IMG/VR virus record: IMGVR_UViG_3300020472_000058 | Location: 1 to 41,624 of that record | Length of the DNA: 41,624 bases | Direction: 5' to 3' (one strand) | Source of the DNA: a virus | Lineage: Duplodnaviria > Caudoviricetes | Shown here: one piece after another, positions 11,301 to 20,616 of the stretch | Layout of the letters: every line of letters starts with the position of its first letter | Position numbering within the stretch: the stretch's first letter is position 1 | Made by a program: the position numbers and the translations under genes | The notes under the pieces: model-generated | What the model saw: the letters and a program-made list of their open reading frames with translations, nothing else | Database searches by the model: none | What the model was told of the DNA's origin: nothing

Positions 11301-12064
11301 TTTAAAGCTTCTCCTAATTGTGGAAGACCTACAAAATGTTCTTGTGCTCTTTCTAATTTATATAACTCTAATTTTGCTGTGGCATACTTAGTAAAATCAG
11401 TTTCTCCTATGTGTTGCCCAGTTTCAGGATCTTTATCTCCTCTTTGTAACTCCCATTCATCATATACTTTATCAACTAAATTTGGAGCTACTGCATCCCA
11501 ATCTGCTTGTTGTTTTTTAAGGACTCCTTCTGTTCTTTTTTGTTGATAAGCATTTTTTAGGAACTCATCTTGGGACTGTTCTTTAGTTAGATATTTTCCT
11601 GATTTAACTGTTTTAAGCCGTAGATCTCCTTGATCTCTCTTCCATGTTCCTAGTCTCTTGTCTCCAGCAGCTCCGCTATTCCATCCTGCTCTACTTTTAT
11701 CAGGGCCATAAAATTCAGAAACGTACTTACTTCTTTTTTCTTCTGATAATTCCTGCCAAGACTTTCCACCTCCTGTTTCAGTATATAATCTTTCTGCTTC
11801 TACTCTTGCTTCATTTTCTTTTCTTGTTTTTTCCTGTCTAGCAAAAGCTTCATCAGCTTTTTTCTTAGCTTCTGCTCTAGCTGCCTGATTCTTCTGAGCA
11901 ATAGCCATATTCCCCATAGACTGTCCCATACCTTCTAATCCCTTAGCAAAGGTCATGAGTTCATTAGAATAGCTTAGATCTGCTTGTCTACGTTCTAACT
12001 GAGGAACTGCAGCACTTTTATCATATCTTCCTGTGTCGAAACTTGCTGTTGAATATTCTGCCAT
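8399..12064 (-). CDS. Internal virion (ejection) protein, gp15/IVP-C position
   Basis: ~1220 aa charged protein after gp14; start moved to ATG 12064 with GGAG SD; synteny. Confidence 0.7.
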   Translation of the reverse strand: MAEYSTASFDTGRYDKSAAVPQLERRQADLSYSNELMTFAKGLEGMGQSMGNMAIAQKNQAARAEAKKKADEAFARQEKTRKENEARVEAERLYTETGGGKSWQELSEEKRSKYVSEFYGPDKSRAGWNSGAAGDKRLGTWKRDQGDLRLKTVKSGKYLTKEQSQDEFLKNAYQQKRTEGVLKKQQADWDAVAPNLVDKVYDEWELQRGDKDPETGQHIGETDFTKYATAKLELYKLERAQEHFVGLPQLGEALKKVPLNDNKYLSMVALRKQGHVDELQQRNIQSGIDTHLTGDNPTTDLGSPESIDALIEHISVLGPEGSNLKGADGKVLRIHDRNAVQLQLIDDINSKLLNAESSDDPVFKLIDAFTGKNAKAGKLMYERRDVGPAWFKAVGAAMKKKSALLKQEKKATESYNKNLVTKAKENSNRVLINSGAALDYHTISHQREGEGVKIQTDEHGKTTTTGSPTKIQALLTARANLESNQEFFATGKMSKEYNEMRSNLTKAINELDPHHTEFDISKSAIGTRMKKEFISDISEYNVDQLQKERTKINQDTNAHPAVVVMKHAAIKARFDELDQDREIVKDQQAITKSDQTIQQNKNKKTSSTKTREYRSQIRDDKGQILSSKDLLNKLATIKADEEIVDEHANTLTTEFNTLIAAQQKKEHIQNDTKVHTKLFKDLTAKGTGGELKTASQWQALENKVTSHKWIEGSPQKTQLLNLISAGKNKTGDFDRLKADLIKENEYRTRLSEKLKPVEKSLTDIVGLVSLPEGAEGKITVDQALTNLEDAQKDFETKFETIIKEGGTLGINIDHSERFQDTYASILAQRTEKEISDDKKRLIKEYEKVEESREKFKTEGLNTIREITENPLQDSDGNPRTAAEAVQDIIDIFGEATHEKRTVDGVELEPTNVFSAVEQDNYLRKLQVSIKEKTDPSKRVSKAGIITRSYTLQQKAGALSGDPRTKILEENINLIETEYLKGNLSTGDFNKERGIIKELLRFGEVKTKPAFAAGENHIRSIFAGHLTKFTNNKMFLPVNEDGKLYDTLSQGFNQEFASIAESLKNAKPQEQLAKAYEIAQKYTKYYPDDNHPLGPKVNERIRRYSMDTLSLMELWKADKKRKTEEEVKNRLSGKTNPKPKAKKSSDVSEEGQESEIFKALENDTTSYIITPSTGAISVVSSGLNENPQGWASITWDAIKGIGDDTDEEYITISTPSYATSTL

Positions 12065-12066
12065 AT

Positions 12067-12627
12067 CTAACTCCACTCACTATCCATTTTTGCATCAAAA
12101 GATTTGGAATCCATATAAGCTTGTCCCAATCCCATAGCAAGTCCCATCATTCCAGGTCCTTTCTGATAACTCATTCCACTTATCTGAGCTTTTGCATCTA
12201 AGAAGGCCATATCCATTCCTTGTTGTATATCACGATCTCTATAATCTAGCTGAGAAGCTTTCATTTCCATGTCCTTTAGAAATTTATTATGACCTTTTAA
12301 AACACTATTCTGAGCTTGACGGAGTAATCCATCTGTACTCTGTCCTTGTGCTAATCCTGAAGCTTTTATTGCTGAAGCAACTTTCATCTTTTCTAAAGCA
12401 ACTGACACACCAGCATCAGCTTTGATGTCCAAATTACGCCTACGCATAATATCGGTATCCGCAAATGCTTGTCTAGCCTGTGCATATTGAAGATTTAATC
12501 TCTTTTTAATTGCTAATTTCTGCCTATAAATAGCAGCATTTTGAGCAGCAGCCGCAGCTTTCTGTCCCATGTGACCCATGACTGTGGAAGCACCCTTCAT
12601 GATCATCATAGCGCTAAATGGGTCCAT
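12067..12627 (-). CDS. Internal virion protein gp14/IVP-B-like
   Basis: 186 aa, Ala/Gln/Gly-rich, hydrophobic ends, ASGLAQGQS motif; T7 synteny. Confidence 0.75.
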   Translation of the reverse strand: MDPFSAMMIMKGASTVMGHMGQKAAAAAQNAAIYRQKLAIKKRLNLQYAQARQAFADTDIMRRRNLDIKADAGVSVALEKMKVASAIKASGLAQGQSTDGLLRQAQNSVLKGHNKFLKDMEMKASQLDYRDRDIQQGMDMAFLDAKAQISGMSYQKGPGMMGLAMGLGQAYMDSKSFDAKMDSEWS

Positions 12628-12636
12628 ATATTTTCC

Positions 12637-13113
12637 TTAATCGTTATATTTTATAAATTTAATAAAAGGTATTTTTAAATATCCGTAATATCTGACAGTA
12701 TTTGGGAAATAAAATCCCAAATGTTTCAACCAAGTTTGAGACTCTGTATTCCTCTGATCCACATAATTCTCTAGATGTGGATATGTCTCATTCATTTCCT
12801 TTATCCAAGATCTTGAACACTTCAGAAAAGTTCTGAGGTTCCTACGTTTCCAATCCCTTAGATAGTTGGTACTAAGTAACCAAGGACTTCCAGAACCATT
12901 TGAATTTAGTCCTACTCCTCCTATTCCAAGAAGGTAATCCTTGTCAAAGTAACAGACTAAACTATCGCTATTTAATATCGACTGTGTTACTGCAGTTTTT
13001 GGATCAACTCCGTTACTGGCAAACACTTCATTTATATCTGCCTGACACATATCGTCTGCTAAGAGATCAATATAATGAGGTTCAAAAGGTTTTGTATAGT
13101 TTCTATAAAACAT
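12637..13113 (-). CDS. gp13 / internal virion protein A-like, GNAT-like (DUF2833-type)
   Basis: D..EV.A...GSPWLLST...LENYVDQRNTESQTWLKHLGF motifs; lies between gp12 and gp14. Confidence 0.8.
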   Translation of the reverse strand: MFYRNYTKPFEPHYIDLLADDMCQADINEVFASNGVDPKTAVTQSILNSDSLVCYFDKDYLLGIGGVGLNSNGSGSPWLLSTNYLRDWKRRNLRTFLKCSRSWIKEMNETYPHLENYVDQRNTESQTWLKHLGFYFPNTVRYYGYLKIPFIKFIKYND

Positions 13114-13118
13114 ATACG

Positions 13119-16079
13119 TTAGACTCTTCTAGACCTTTGATGTAAGAATCCTTCCCATTCTGCGGATTGAAATGAACAAGGAAGATACTCATTATTTTCT
13201 ATAACTATATTGCAGTTTGCTGCCTTAGACATTACACCTCCTTTAAAGGTTCCTGAGAGTAGCTTATATTGTCCAAAAGATGATGTATTGGTTATCATTC
13301 CACTAAATGTCTTTTCGTAGTTTTTACGAGGAGTTATAGAGGTTGTTCCGTTGTTACCATCACCAATCAGTATAGTCCCAGGATCTACATTAATCTTTAA
13401 GTTAAAGAATCCTGTCCTACTGTAGAGTAAGTTAATGTTTCTAATCTGTAGCTTTGCTGTTTGGGCTGGTTGTTCATTCTCTTTGTGGATGAACCTAGAG
13501 AACTCGTATTCAAAGTTAAATGGAATTCCTGCGTATACAGCAATTTTAGATGTGGCTAAACTTGTTCCATCAGCTAAGGTTCTTCCATTTGCTAAGTATT
13601 CATTAACTTCTGCTATTGTACTAAGCTTTCTCGCATTGTCTGTTACAAATACTATATTACTTGGAAGAAATACTAATGTAGTATTGGAATTACTTGCAGT
13701 TGCATTAGCTGAGAGTTCAAATGTAGTTGTATTTGTAATGGATGCTACAGTTGTTTCTGCAGGGATTCCTGTTCCTAATACTTTCATTCCTGCTAAAATT
13801 CCTGTGGTACTGTCCATAGTAACTGTGGCATCATTATTGGTAGTATCACATGTAGCATCTTTGTAGTAAGGCATGTCAGCAGTTACAGTTTGGTTGTGTG
13901 TAAGTTTAACTCTCCTATCCAAAAGTACTGCTGTCTCATCTTCCATAACTGCTTCTGCAGAATCTAAACTAAGATTTATATCTTCCAGATAAAGTCCATC
14001 TGCTCTCTTTACAAGAAGCTTCATGGTTGATCCTAAGAACGCACAGTTCAGAATATCTCCATCAAACTCCCAATGGCTCCAAGAGTTCTGGAGCTTCTCC
14101 TGACCTTGCCAGAAGTTCTTATATACATAAATCCTTTTCTTATCGTCATCACTCAGGACTGCTACCATTTGATCATTAGAACTAACAACCAGTTTAGTAA
14201 TATTACCTTTTATATATTGAGGTACATGTGCAGTAATGTCTGTTGCATCGTTGGCATCTGCAGTTCCCATGTCTACAAAGTACTCTCTTACTCCTGAGTA
14301 CTCACCACGTTCAAAAGGAAAGTAAACAAACTTACCAGAAGATACTGGTGCAGCTTGGGAGGTACTTTCAAACTGAGTTACAACATCTACAGAAACTGAG
14401 CTAGGAGTAAATCCTTCTCCTTCACTACTTAAACTGAATTGTTGAAAGTCTGAAAAGAGTAATAAGCTTTTGTTAAAGGCTGCAGCGTGTGTGAGGATTG
14501 AGACTTGGTTGTTGGATACAGAGATGTCAATGGGATTACCATCAAGAGCAGTCATCACAGAAATAGGAAAGAAATTATAGTAGTTTCCTGCTTCTGAAAA
14601 GATTATGTTCTCATCACTTAGGATTCCGAATCTATTCTGGTGGAAGGTAATATCATTAATCTTACCTCCTGTAAAGGATGGAAAGGAATTAGAGGTATCA
14701 TCTCCTGCTTTCCTAGAGGACCAACCAAACCTAGCTGGCGCACCATGAGCAGCAACCGTTTCTTTTACTGCTTCAAATAAAAAATACTTATTAGGAGTAG
14801 TTTGAGTGTCATATAGTCTTATTAATCTATGTGGCATTGTAGTAATATCAAACCCTGTCTTTATACCTCTTCCTAGAGTTTCTTTCCATACACCTACACC
14901 TTCATCATCTTCTTCATATTTCACAAAGAAATCATCTTGAGATCCTCCTGCGTTACCTACTACCTTTACTATGTAACCTACAGGAACATTCCTTCCTGGT
15001 AATCCTGAAAAAGAAGTTACTTCATCTTTTATTCCTACTAAAGCTGCTCCACCTTTGGAGTCTTGAACTTCTATTGAAAATGTAGCTTTACATTTTATTG
15101 ATATTACACTTCCTGAAGCATCATCCATAGAAATAGAGAAGTCAGAATCTGCAGAAGCTATTGCATCTAAACCAGCTACATAATCTCCTGTATCACCACC
15201 TGATGACACCCCATTTTCATTCCTATCTGCTATACATCTCCAACCTCCAAAACCTTCTGCAGGAGTTCCTGTAGTATCAAAATCATCCCAATGAGTATCT
15301 GTATTAGGATATGTAGTAGTATTTGTTTGTCCTTCTTTTAAATACTTAGCAATAATAGGAGTACCTATATGAGTCTGATTTAGTCCTACTTGTGAAGAAG
15401 GAGTTTGAAGTCCTATTTTGTAGGTTGTTCCTCCTTTTACTATCTTTATTACATACTTACTAGAATAATCTCCTGCCTTTACAAATATCAAACCTTCGTC
15501 TGTGTACGCACCAGTAATTTCTGTAGAGCCAGTAGAAGAAAGGTAGTTACTTGTACCTTCTCCTGAAACTACACCATTTGATCCTGCTTCAGTTACAGTT
15601 TTAGTTTTATTAATAAGGAAGGTGGTATCTGCTACAGTGGTGGCTACTATGTTATCTCTAACTCCTCCTGAAGTGGCTAAGGTATCAAGGTATAGTAAAT
15701 CAGAAGTTTCAAGATCATGATTAGATGAACCTGTTAAAGTAGCGTTTGCCACAGGCTCAGTTTTTACAGGAATAGAAGTACCTTCCTGATCATATATCTT
15801 TAAAGTTTTTGCAGTACCAGAAGCTGTTCCACTAGCTCTAGTAAGAACCATTGTATATTCTTCATTCCTATCTCTCCGAATAGTATGAACAAATGTATCA
15901 TCTACTAATGTATCTGTAATCTTTTTCTTATGCTCAGTTCCAGGTCTTTTCTCTAAACCTCTAGCAACTGTACTAAAACCATTTACCTGTCTCTCACATT
16001 GAGAAGGTAATCTAATCTCAGGAGGTTGCTGAGAAATTCCATTTATTAAATTAGGAATAGAAGAAGAAACTAAAGGCAT
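13119..16079 (-). CDS. Tail tubular protein B / nozzle (gp12-like)
   Basis: MPLVSSSIPNLINGISQQP...GLEKRPG, FHQNRFGIL and WSHWEF motifs. Confidence 0.93.
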   Translation of the reverse strand: MPLVSSSIPNLINGISQQPPEIRLPSQCERQVNGFSTVARGLEKRPGTEHKKKITDTLVDDTFVHTIRRDRNEEYTMVLTRASGTASGTAKTLKIYDQEGTSIPVKTEPVANATLTGSSNHDLETSDLLYLDTLATSGGVRDNIVATTVADTTFLINKTKTVTEAGSNGVVSGEGTSNYLSSTGSTEITGAYTDEGLIFVKAGDYSSKYVIKIVKGGTTYKIGLQTPSSQVGLNQTHIGTPIIAKYLKEGQTNTTTYPNTDTHWDDFDTTGTPAEGFGGWRCIADRNENGVSSGGDTGDYVAGLDAIASADSDFSISMDDASGSVISIKCKATFSIEVQDSKGGAALVGIKDEVTSFSGLPGRNVPVGYIVKVVGNAGGSQDDFFVKYEEDDEGVGVWKETLGRGIKTGFDITTMPHRLIRLYDTQTTPNKYFLFEAVKETVAAHGAPARFGWSSRKAGDDTSNSFPSFTGGKINDITFHQNRFGILSDENIIFSEAGNYYNFFPISVMTALDGNPIDISVSNNQVSILTHAAAFNKSLLLFSDFQQFSLSSEGEGFTPSSVSVDVVTQFESTSQAAPVSSGKFVYFPFERGEYSGVREYFVDMGTADANDATDITAHVPQYIKGNITKLVVSSNDQMVAVLSDDDKKRIYVYKNFWQGQEKLQNSWSHWEFDGDILNCAFLGSTMKLLVKRADGLYLEDINLSLDSAEAVMEDETAVLLDRRVKLTHNQTVTADMPYYKDATCDTTNNDATVTMDSTTGILAGMKVLGTGIPAETTVASITNTTTFELSANATASNSNTTLVFLPSNIVFVTDNARKLSTIAEVNEYLANGRTLADGTSLATSKIAVYAGIPFNFEYEFSRFIHKENEQPAQTAKLQIRNINLLYSRTGFFNLKINVDPGTILIGDGNNGTTSITPRKNYEKTFSGMITNTSSFGQYKLLSGTFKGGVMSKAANCNIVIENNEYLPCSFQSAEWEGFLHQRSRRV

Positions 16080-16714
16080 TATGAGTATAAGATTCTTTGA
16101 GATTTTATAAAGGAAGTAGCTCCTGCACCATTGATACTCCGATCTAATGCACGGAAAGTATCGTAATTATCAAATATATTGAAATCGGCTGACTGAGATT
16201 GTGATTCTCTTAACGCAACTAAGGCTGCTTGTTCATCTTTAAATTGTAGTTGTGTCATTTCTCCAGAGCCTAATATGTTTTCTTGGAATTTTCTTCCTGC
16301 TCTGAGGGTGATATATCGTCTAGCAACTTCAGGAAGTTCTTCAAACTCTAGGAGTACAATCATATCTACTTCAACATCTCCTGAAAATTCGTATGTATTC
16401 TTAGTTCTGTCATAGAGTTTCTGATTCCTCATAACAATATCTGTATTATAATCTCTTGTTAGAGTTACAGTATCTACATATAGACAGTTGGAAGGAACAT
16501 TAATATGATTCACTGAATTTCTACTTAGTGTGTATCTTATATCAGTATTAAATGCCCATCCTGCGGTTTGAACTTCTCTGGAAACTGTGTCAAGAGTAAG
16601 GGCAGCTATCTCAGCTTCCTGAAGACCAGAATTCATTGTGTTTACTGGTGCTTCTCCAATACCAATCAGCATTGAATTAACAGCATCTAGTTTGGATGTA
16701 AGTGATATAGCCAT
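16079..16714 (-). CDS. Tail tubular protein A / adaptor (gp11-like)
   Basis: LDAVNSMLIGIGEAPV...GWAFN...LPEVARRYI; true start MAISL at 16714 because the upstream part of the called ORF is the hairpin region. Confidence 0.92.
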   Translation of the reverse strand: MAISLTSKLDAVNSMLIGIGEAPVNTMNSGLQEAEIAALTLDTVSREVQTAGWAFNTDIRYTLSRNSVNHINVPSNCLYVDTVTLTRDYNTDIVMRNQKLYDRTKNTYEFSGDVEVDMIVLLEFEELPEVARRYITLRAGRKFQENILGSGEMTQLQFKDEQAALVALRESQSQSADFNIFDNYDTFRALDRSINGAGATSFIKSQRILYS

Positions 16715-16735
16715 TAGGGAATATTTGGAAGGATT

Positions 16736-16817
16736 AAAAAGGTGTAGAGGAGGATGGAGAACTACTTTTTCCCCCTCTACGAAAATGGGACACGGCAAGA
16801 GGATTAACCGCATCCCA
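16736..16817 (-). terminator. Tandem stem-loops after the capsid gene (T-phi-like terminator / candidate small RNA)
   Basis: Two 11-bp stems (16786-16796/16807-16817 and 16744-16754/16770-16780); all 4 DNA mismatches are G.U pairs on the minus-strand RNA; each stem is followed by a U-run. Confidence 0.8.
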
Positions 16818-16829
16818 CAAGAGGTATTA

Positions 16830-18017
16830 TTAGTTGTGCGATGCTGACAACGCTACTGCCATTGCTGGCCTTAGTACGTTGTGACCCATTGCATACTTAG
16901 CAACTAATAGAGTACCTTGACGTTGGATCTGATACTCAGACTCAACGGAAAGATCCATCAGTTTCACAGTTGCAACTGCATCTTTACTCATTACAATCGC
17001 ACGGACTTTATTAGCTTCCGCTTGAAGGTTTACTGAGGATGTACCGTCAAGTCCACCAACTGCACCTGTATTACTACCATCATTAACTACACCATTATAA
17101 GTAGCTGGAAGGTTATAATGAGCTTCTCTTCCAGATTCAGGAGAAGCTAGAGGTGCTGCGCCTGTAGTAAGGGCAGGGTTTGCTGTTGAGAACAGACTTC
17201 CTGTCCATGCAGAACCAGTATCAGAACCCATGTGAGGTGTTCTAACAAGTGGAATTCCTGCAATCGTAGGCATATCTAGATCCTTTACAGATCCTCCACC
17301 ACCAACATCACGATTGAACATCAAGAGTTGTGAAGCGGTTTCTTGGTTGGTTCCAGCTTTAAACATGTGGTAGTACAAGTCAGAGTTAATGACACATACT
17401 AGATCGTCTAAAGGCGCACCAGCAGCTTCTAAGATCCGCTTTGCTTCAATTACACCTTCCATAAAGTTTACTGCTTTTTTGGAATTAGCGTAATTGGTAT
17501 CTGAATATTGTACGTTTGCTGTGAAGTCTTCATCATCCCAACCAACATAGTCCTGAACCATTTTACTAGCTCGTTGCTTGTTTGTTGTTAAGGCAGCTTT
17601 TACCGCCATACGGAGGATGTTCTGATCTGCAGCTTTTGCAAGACCATAAGAAGCTTCGTTAGTGTAGACTGAGCGAATATCATAATGAGCCATTGCTTCA
17701 TCAATATTTGGAATAAATTGATGTGCAATTAAGAGGTCATCAATCGTTACTAATCGCTCTGTGTGCTTGGCTGCCACATTTGGAATGATTTCATTACCTG
17801 GAGTGTGATAAGCTGCAGCACGATTCTTACCTGTCATGATGAACTGTGCAGATTTTCCATTCTTAATTGAACGAACTCTACAATGATCCATCATAATGTT
17901 CTTGGTCTGAAATGCGGTCATTACTTCACCAGCATATAGCTTTAGGAATAGACTCCTAGCACTACCAGTAGCATTGACCTGACCAGAACGATGACCAGTA
18001 TAATTAGTTGCTGACAT
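16830..18017 (-). CDS. Major capsid protein (gp10-like)
   Basis: LFLKLYAGEVMTAF, RSIKNGKSAQF, ITIDDLL-like VTIDDLL and AKYAMGHNVLRP motifs. Confidence 0.96.
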   Translation of the reverse strand: MSATNYTGHRSGQVNATGSARSLFLKLYAGEVMTAFQTKNIMMDHCRVRSIKNGKSAQFIMTGKNRAAAYHTPGNEIIPNVAAKHTERLVTIDDLLIAHQFIPNIDEAMAHYDIRSVYTNEASYGLAKAADQNILRMAVKAALTTNKQRASKMVQDYVGWDDEDFTANVQYSDTNYANSKKAVNFMEGVIEAKRILEAAGAPLDDLVCVINSDLYYHMFKAGTNQETASQLLMFNRDVGGGGSVKDLDMPTIAGIPLVRTPHMGSDTGSAWTGSLFSTANPALTTGAAPLASPESGREAHYNLPATYNGVVNDGSNTGAVGGLDGTSSVNLQAEANKVRAIVMSKDAVATVKLMDLSVESEYQIQRQGTLLVAKYAMGHNVLRPAMAVALSASHN

Positions 18018-18158
18018 ATTTTCCTTTAATTGTCATTGAGAAATTATGCTATTTTACTAGCACGTTAATACGAACCCTCGTATCTCTCTACATACGACAA
18101 CTAAGGTTATCCTCCTCAGAGGGCAATAATTGTTCTTAATGTGGGTAAAATTCTTGGG

Positions 18159-18974
18159 TTACATTAGGTTAGAGGATTCTATTTTACTAGCTATCTCTTC
18201 CCTATAAACAGGGTCACTCTGGTATCTAGGATCTTTCATTGCTTCTGTCATTTGCGCTAATGACGAAAACGATCCTGAACTTGATTTACCAGTTGTTCCC
18301 TGTATAAGATTAGGCATACTTCCGTTTGCCAATTGGTATTGAGCGTTGAGAGACTTAATAGCAAATAAGCTATCATTCTTATTAGAACTCTCTAACGCTC
18401 TGTTGAATGAATCTATTTCATTTTCAGGTAGATTATCTCCTGCCCATTTCACTAGTTCTTGGTAGTTCTTTTCACCACCTACAGAATCATACGCAGTCTC
18501 TGTAAGCTTATCAGAAATAGCTTCTTGACCTTGTATCCATGAGTCAACCATCTCAGTAGACATACCTTTACTTTGAAGTTCTGTATATGACTCAGGAGAT
18601 AGACCTCCTTTCTCTGAATACTCTACTGCGTATTTATTATAATCTAACCCTGCATTTGCTAAGGTTTTTTGAGCTTCATTTATTTGGGATTGTTGTTCTT
18701 CGGAAATAATTGGAGTCTGCGGAGGTGGTGTAACCTCATCGTTGCTCGCTACAGACTCCGAATTGGATGACATCTTCCTTTCTAATTCCTTATATGCCTG
18801 TGCCATATCTTCTGGACTACTGAATTTTTCAGGTAACCAACTCGGATTTCCGTCTTCTCTTTCTACTGCATTTGCTTCTTCTGCAAGATTGACCATCTCT
18901 TTCTCATACTCAGGCGTACCTTCTACTGGAGGTGGAGCTTCTTCATGAGTACTAATTTGTGTAAGTTCTGACAT
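18159..18974 (-). CDS. Capsid assembly scaffolding protein (gp9-like)
   Basis: PSWLPEKFSSPEDMAQAYKELE, VGGEKNYQELVKWA and AMKDPRYQSDPVYR motifs. Confidence 0.93.
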   Translation of the reverse strand: MSELTQISTHEEAPPPVEGTPEYEKEMVNLAEEANAVEREDGNPSWLPEKFSSPEDMAQAYKELERKMSSNSESVASNDEVTPPPQTPIISEEQQSQINEAQKTLANAGLDYNKYAVEYSEKGGLSPESYTELQSKGMSTEMVDSWIQGQEAISDKLTETAYDSVGGEKNYQELVKWAGDNLPENEIDSFNRALESSNKNDSLFAIKSLNAQYQLANGSMPNLIQGTTGKSSSGSFSSLAQMTEAMKDPRYQSDPVYREEIASKIESSNLM

Positions 18975-18996
18975 ATATTTCTCCTCTTATATAAGA

Positions 18997-20616
18997 TTAG
19001 TTATTCATTTCAGGTGGTGGTGCTTGAGACATTCCATCGTTCACACCTTTCATCATTTCTGGAGTAGCTTTTTCAACTATCCTACCCATCATTTGCTGAT
19101 TCTGCATTGCCTGTTGCTGTTCCATTGCTGCCTGTTGTTCTACTTGTTTCTGTTCTTCAGATTTTATAAGTCCTTCTGTATCAATTCCAAGTGATCCTGC
19201 AAGTCTATCAATGTAATCAGAGATATTTAACTCTGCCATTGCCTGTTCACCAAGAGGTGCTAGGCTCTGTAGAAACTGTCCAAGTTTATTAAGGTCTTCT
19301 CCTCTACCAAGAGCTTCTACTCCTGTAACAATAAGAGGTTTCAATCCATCACTAGGTAGCTTAGGTATTTTCTTTTCCTTACCCATTTTGTGCATTAGGA
19401 TTTCTACTAATGGAAGCTGAAACTCCTGAGAAAGAATTGCATAAACTCCTCCTAAAGCTATCTCAAGTTCCTGTCTTGCCATCCTAATTTCTTCTGCAGT
19501 TACTCTCTCTGCATCCCTTCGGATAGAGCTATTCATTAGAAATACTCTAGAGAGTCTTGTCTGAAGCATCTGTATAGTTTGCTGTGCTATATTAAAGTCC
19601 TGAGACTTTCCAAGCTGAAGAGAGGATACGTCATTATCATCTCCTGTAACTATTGCTCCATTCGGAGACTCAGCAAGTGTCTTGATTCTTGTGGTTCCAT
19701 TAGGTCTTACAAGAAATAAAACTTTTGCTGCTGCTGCAGAACCTTCCACAATAGACTGAGTAAGAGACTCAAGAGACTTTAGATCTCCTAAGTATTCTTC
19801 TACATATCCTCGTCCATAGTCCTCACCGTCCATGTGAGTGAATCTGAGAGCGATGAAAGGAGTCTTGGTTTTTGTGAAACTTCCTTCTGATCCTGGTACT
19901 GTCTGACCTTCTAACTCTTGGTGTACCTTCCAGTTCTTTCCTGTCCACCTAACACAAGTATAAAGGTCTAGGTCTTTTAAATTACTTTCGGATTCAGGAT
20001 CTGTTATAACTTCTTTTGCACGTTCAGGAAGAGACAATGGAGAAAGGGATTCTTTTGTGATGATCTCTAAAGGATTACCCATAGAATCACGCTTAACAAC
20101 ATACCTATCTAATCTAAAAACTCTTATCTGTCCTTCTGGTGGAAGATAAATCAGTACGTTTCCAGCTACTATAAGTTGTTTTAAGGCTTCTGAAATAGGT
20201 ACTCGTAGACCTCTAACTTCGATTTCCTGCATGACCATGCGTTCAATCTTTGCTAGTCCTTCTTCAGCTTCGGATCTTTTCTCTGCTAAGAGGGCTTCTA
20301 GTTCTGCGTTGTCTACAACTAAACGAAAGAAAGGTGCGTTAGGTGGAAGCAAAGAAAGTAAAAGTTTAGAACTTAAATTGTTTACTCCTTCTGCTCCTAT
20401 AGATTGGAATGGTGTGAATAGTTCTGAGGTGGATGAGTGATCCTGTTCTGGTAAGAGACTTGGAATGGTAAATAAAGAAGCTTCTCTTCCTCTTCGTAAG
20501 TATTCTTCTCTTTCTCCTTTGTATCTATCGTAACGAGCTTTTACTTCTCCTTCTTTAACTTCATAAGCATCAGGATTAATTTCGGTTTTTGTTCTTTTCT
20601 TTTTATTATATTCCAT
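18997..20616 (-). CDS. Portal / head-tail connector (gp8-like)
   Basis: QSIGAEGVNNLSSKLLLSLLPPNAPFF, GEDYGRGYVEEYLGDL and RDAERVTAEEIR motifs. Confidence 0.96.
   Translation of the reverse strand: MEYNKKKRTKTEINPDAYEVKEGEVKARYDRYKGEREEYLRRGREASLFTIPSLLPEQDHSSTSELFTPFQSIGAEGVNNLSSKLLLSLLPPNAPFFRLVVDNAELEALLAEKRSEAEEGLAKIERMVMQEIEVRGLRVPISEALKQLIVAGNVLIYLPPEGQIRVFRLDRYVVKRDSMGNPLEIITKESLSPLSLPERAKEVITDPESESNLKDLDLYTCVRWTGKNWKVHQELEGQTVPGSEGSFTKTKTPFIALRFTHMDGEDYGRGYVEEYLGDLKSLESLTQSIVEGSAAAAKVLFLVRPNGTTRIKTLAESPNGAIVTGDDNDVSSLQLGKSQDFNIAQQTIQMLQTRLSRVFLMNSSIRRDAERVTAEEIRMARQELEIALGGVYAILSQEFQLPLVEILMHKMGKEKKIPKLPSDGLKPLIVTGVEALGRGEDLNKLGQFLQSLAPLGEQAMAELNISDYIDRLAGSLGIDTEGLIKSEEQKQVEQQAAMEQQQAMQNQQMMGRIVEKATPEMMKGVNDGMSQAPPPEMNN

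Noticed and set aside
16715-16813. N-terminal extension of gp11, or a capsid 10B-type frameshift or readthrough
   Set aside because: The region is the hairpin element, the capsid ends in tandem TAA TAA, and no slippery site is evident before the stop.
16744-16817. Plus-strand CsrB/RsmZ-like RNA with GGA loops
   Set aside because: The four stem mismatches are A-C on the plus strand but G.U on the minus strand, and the U-runs also fit the minus strand.
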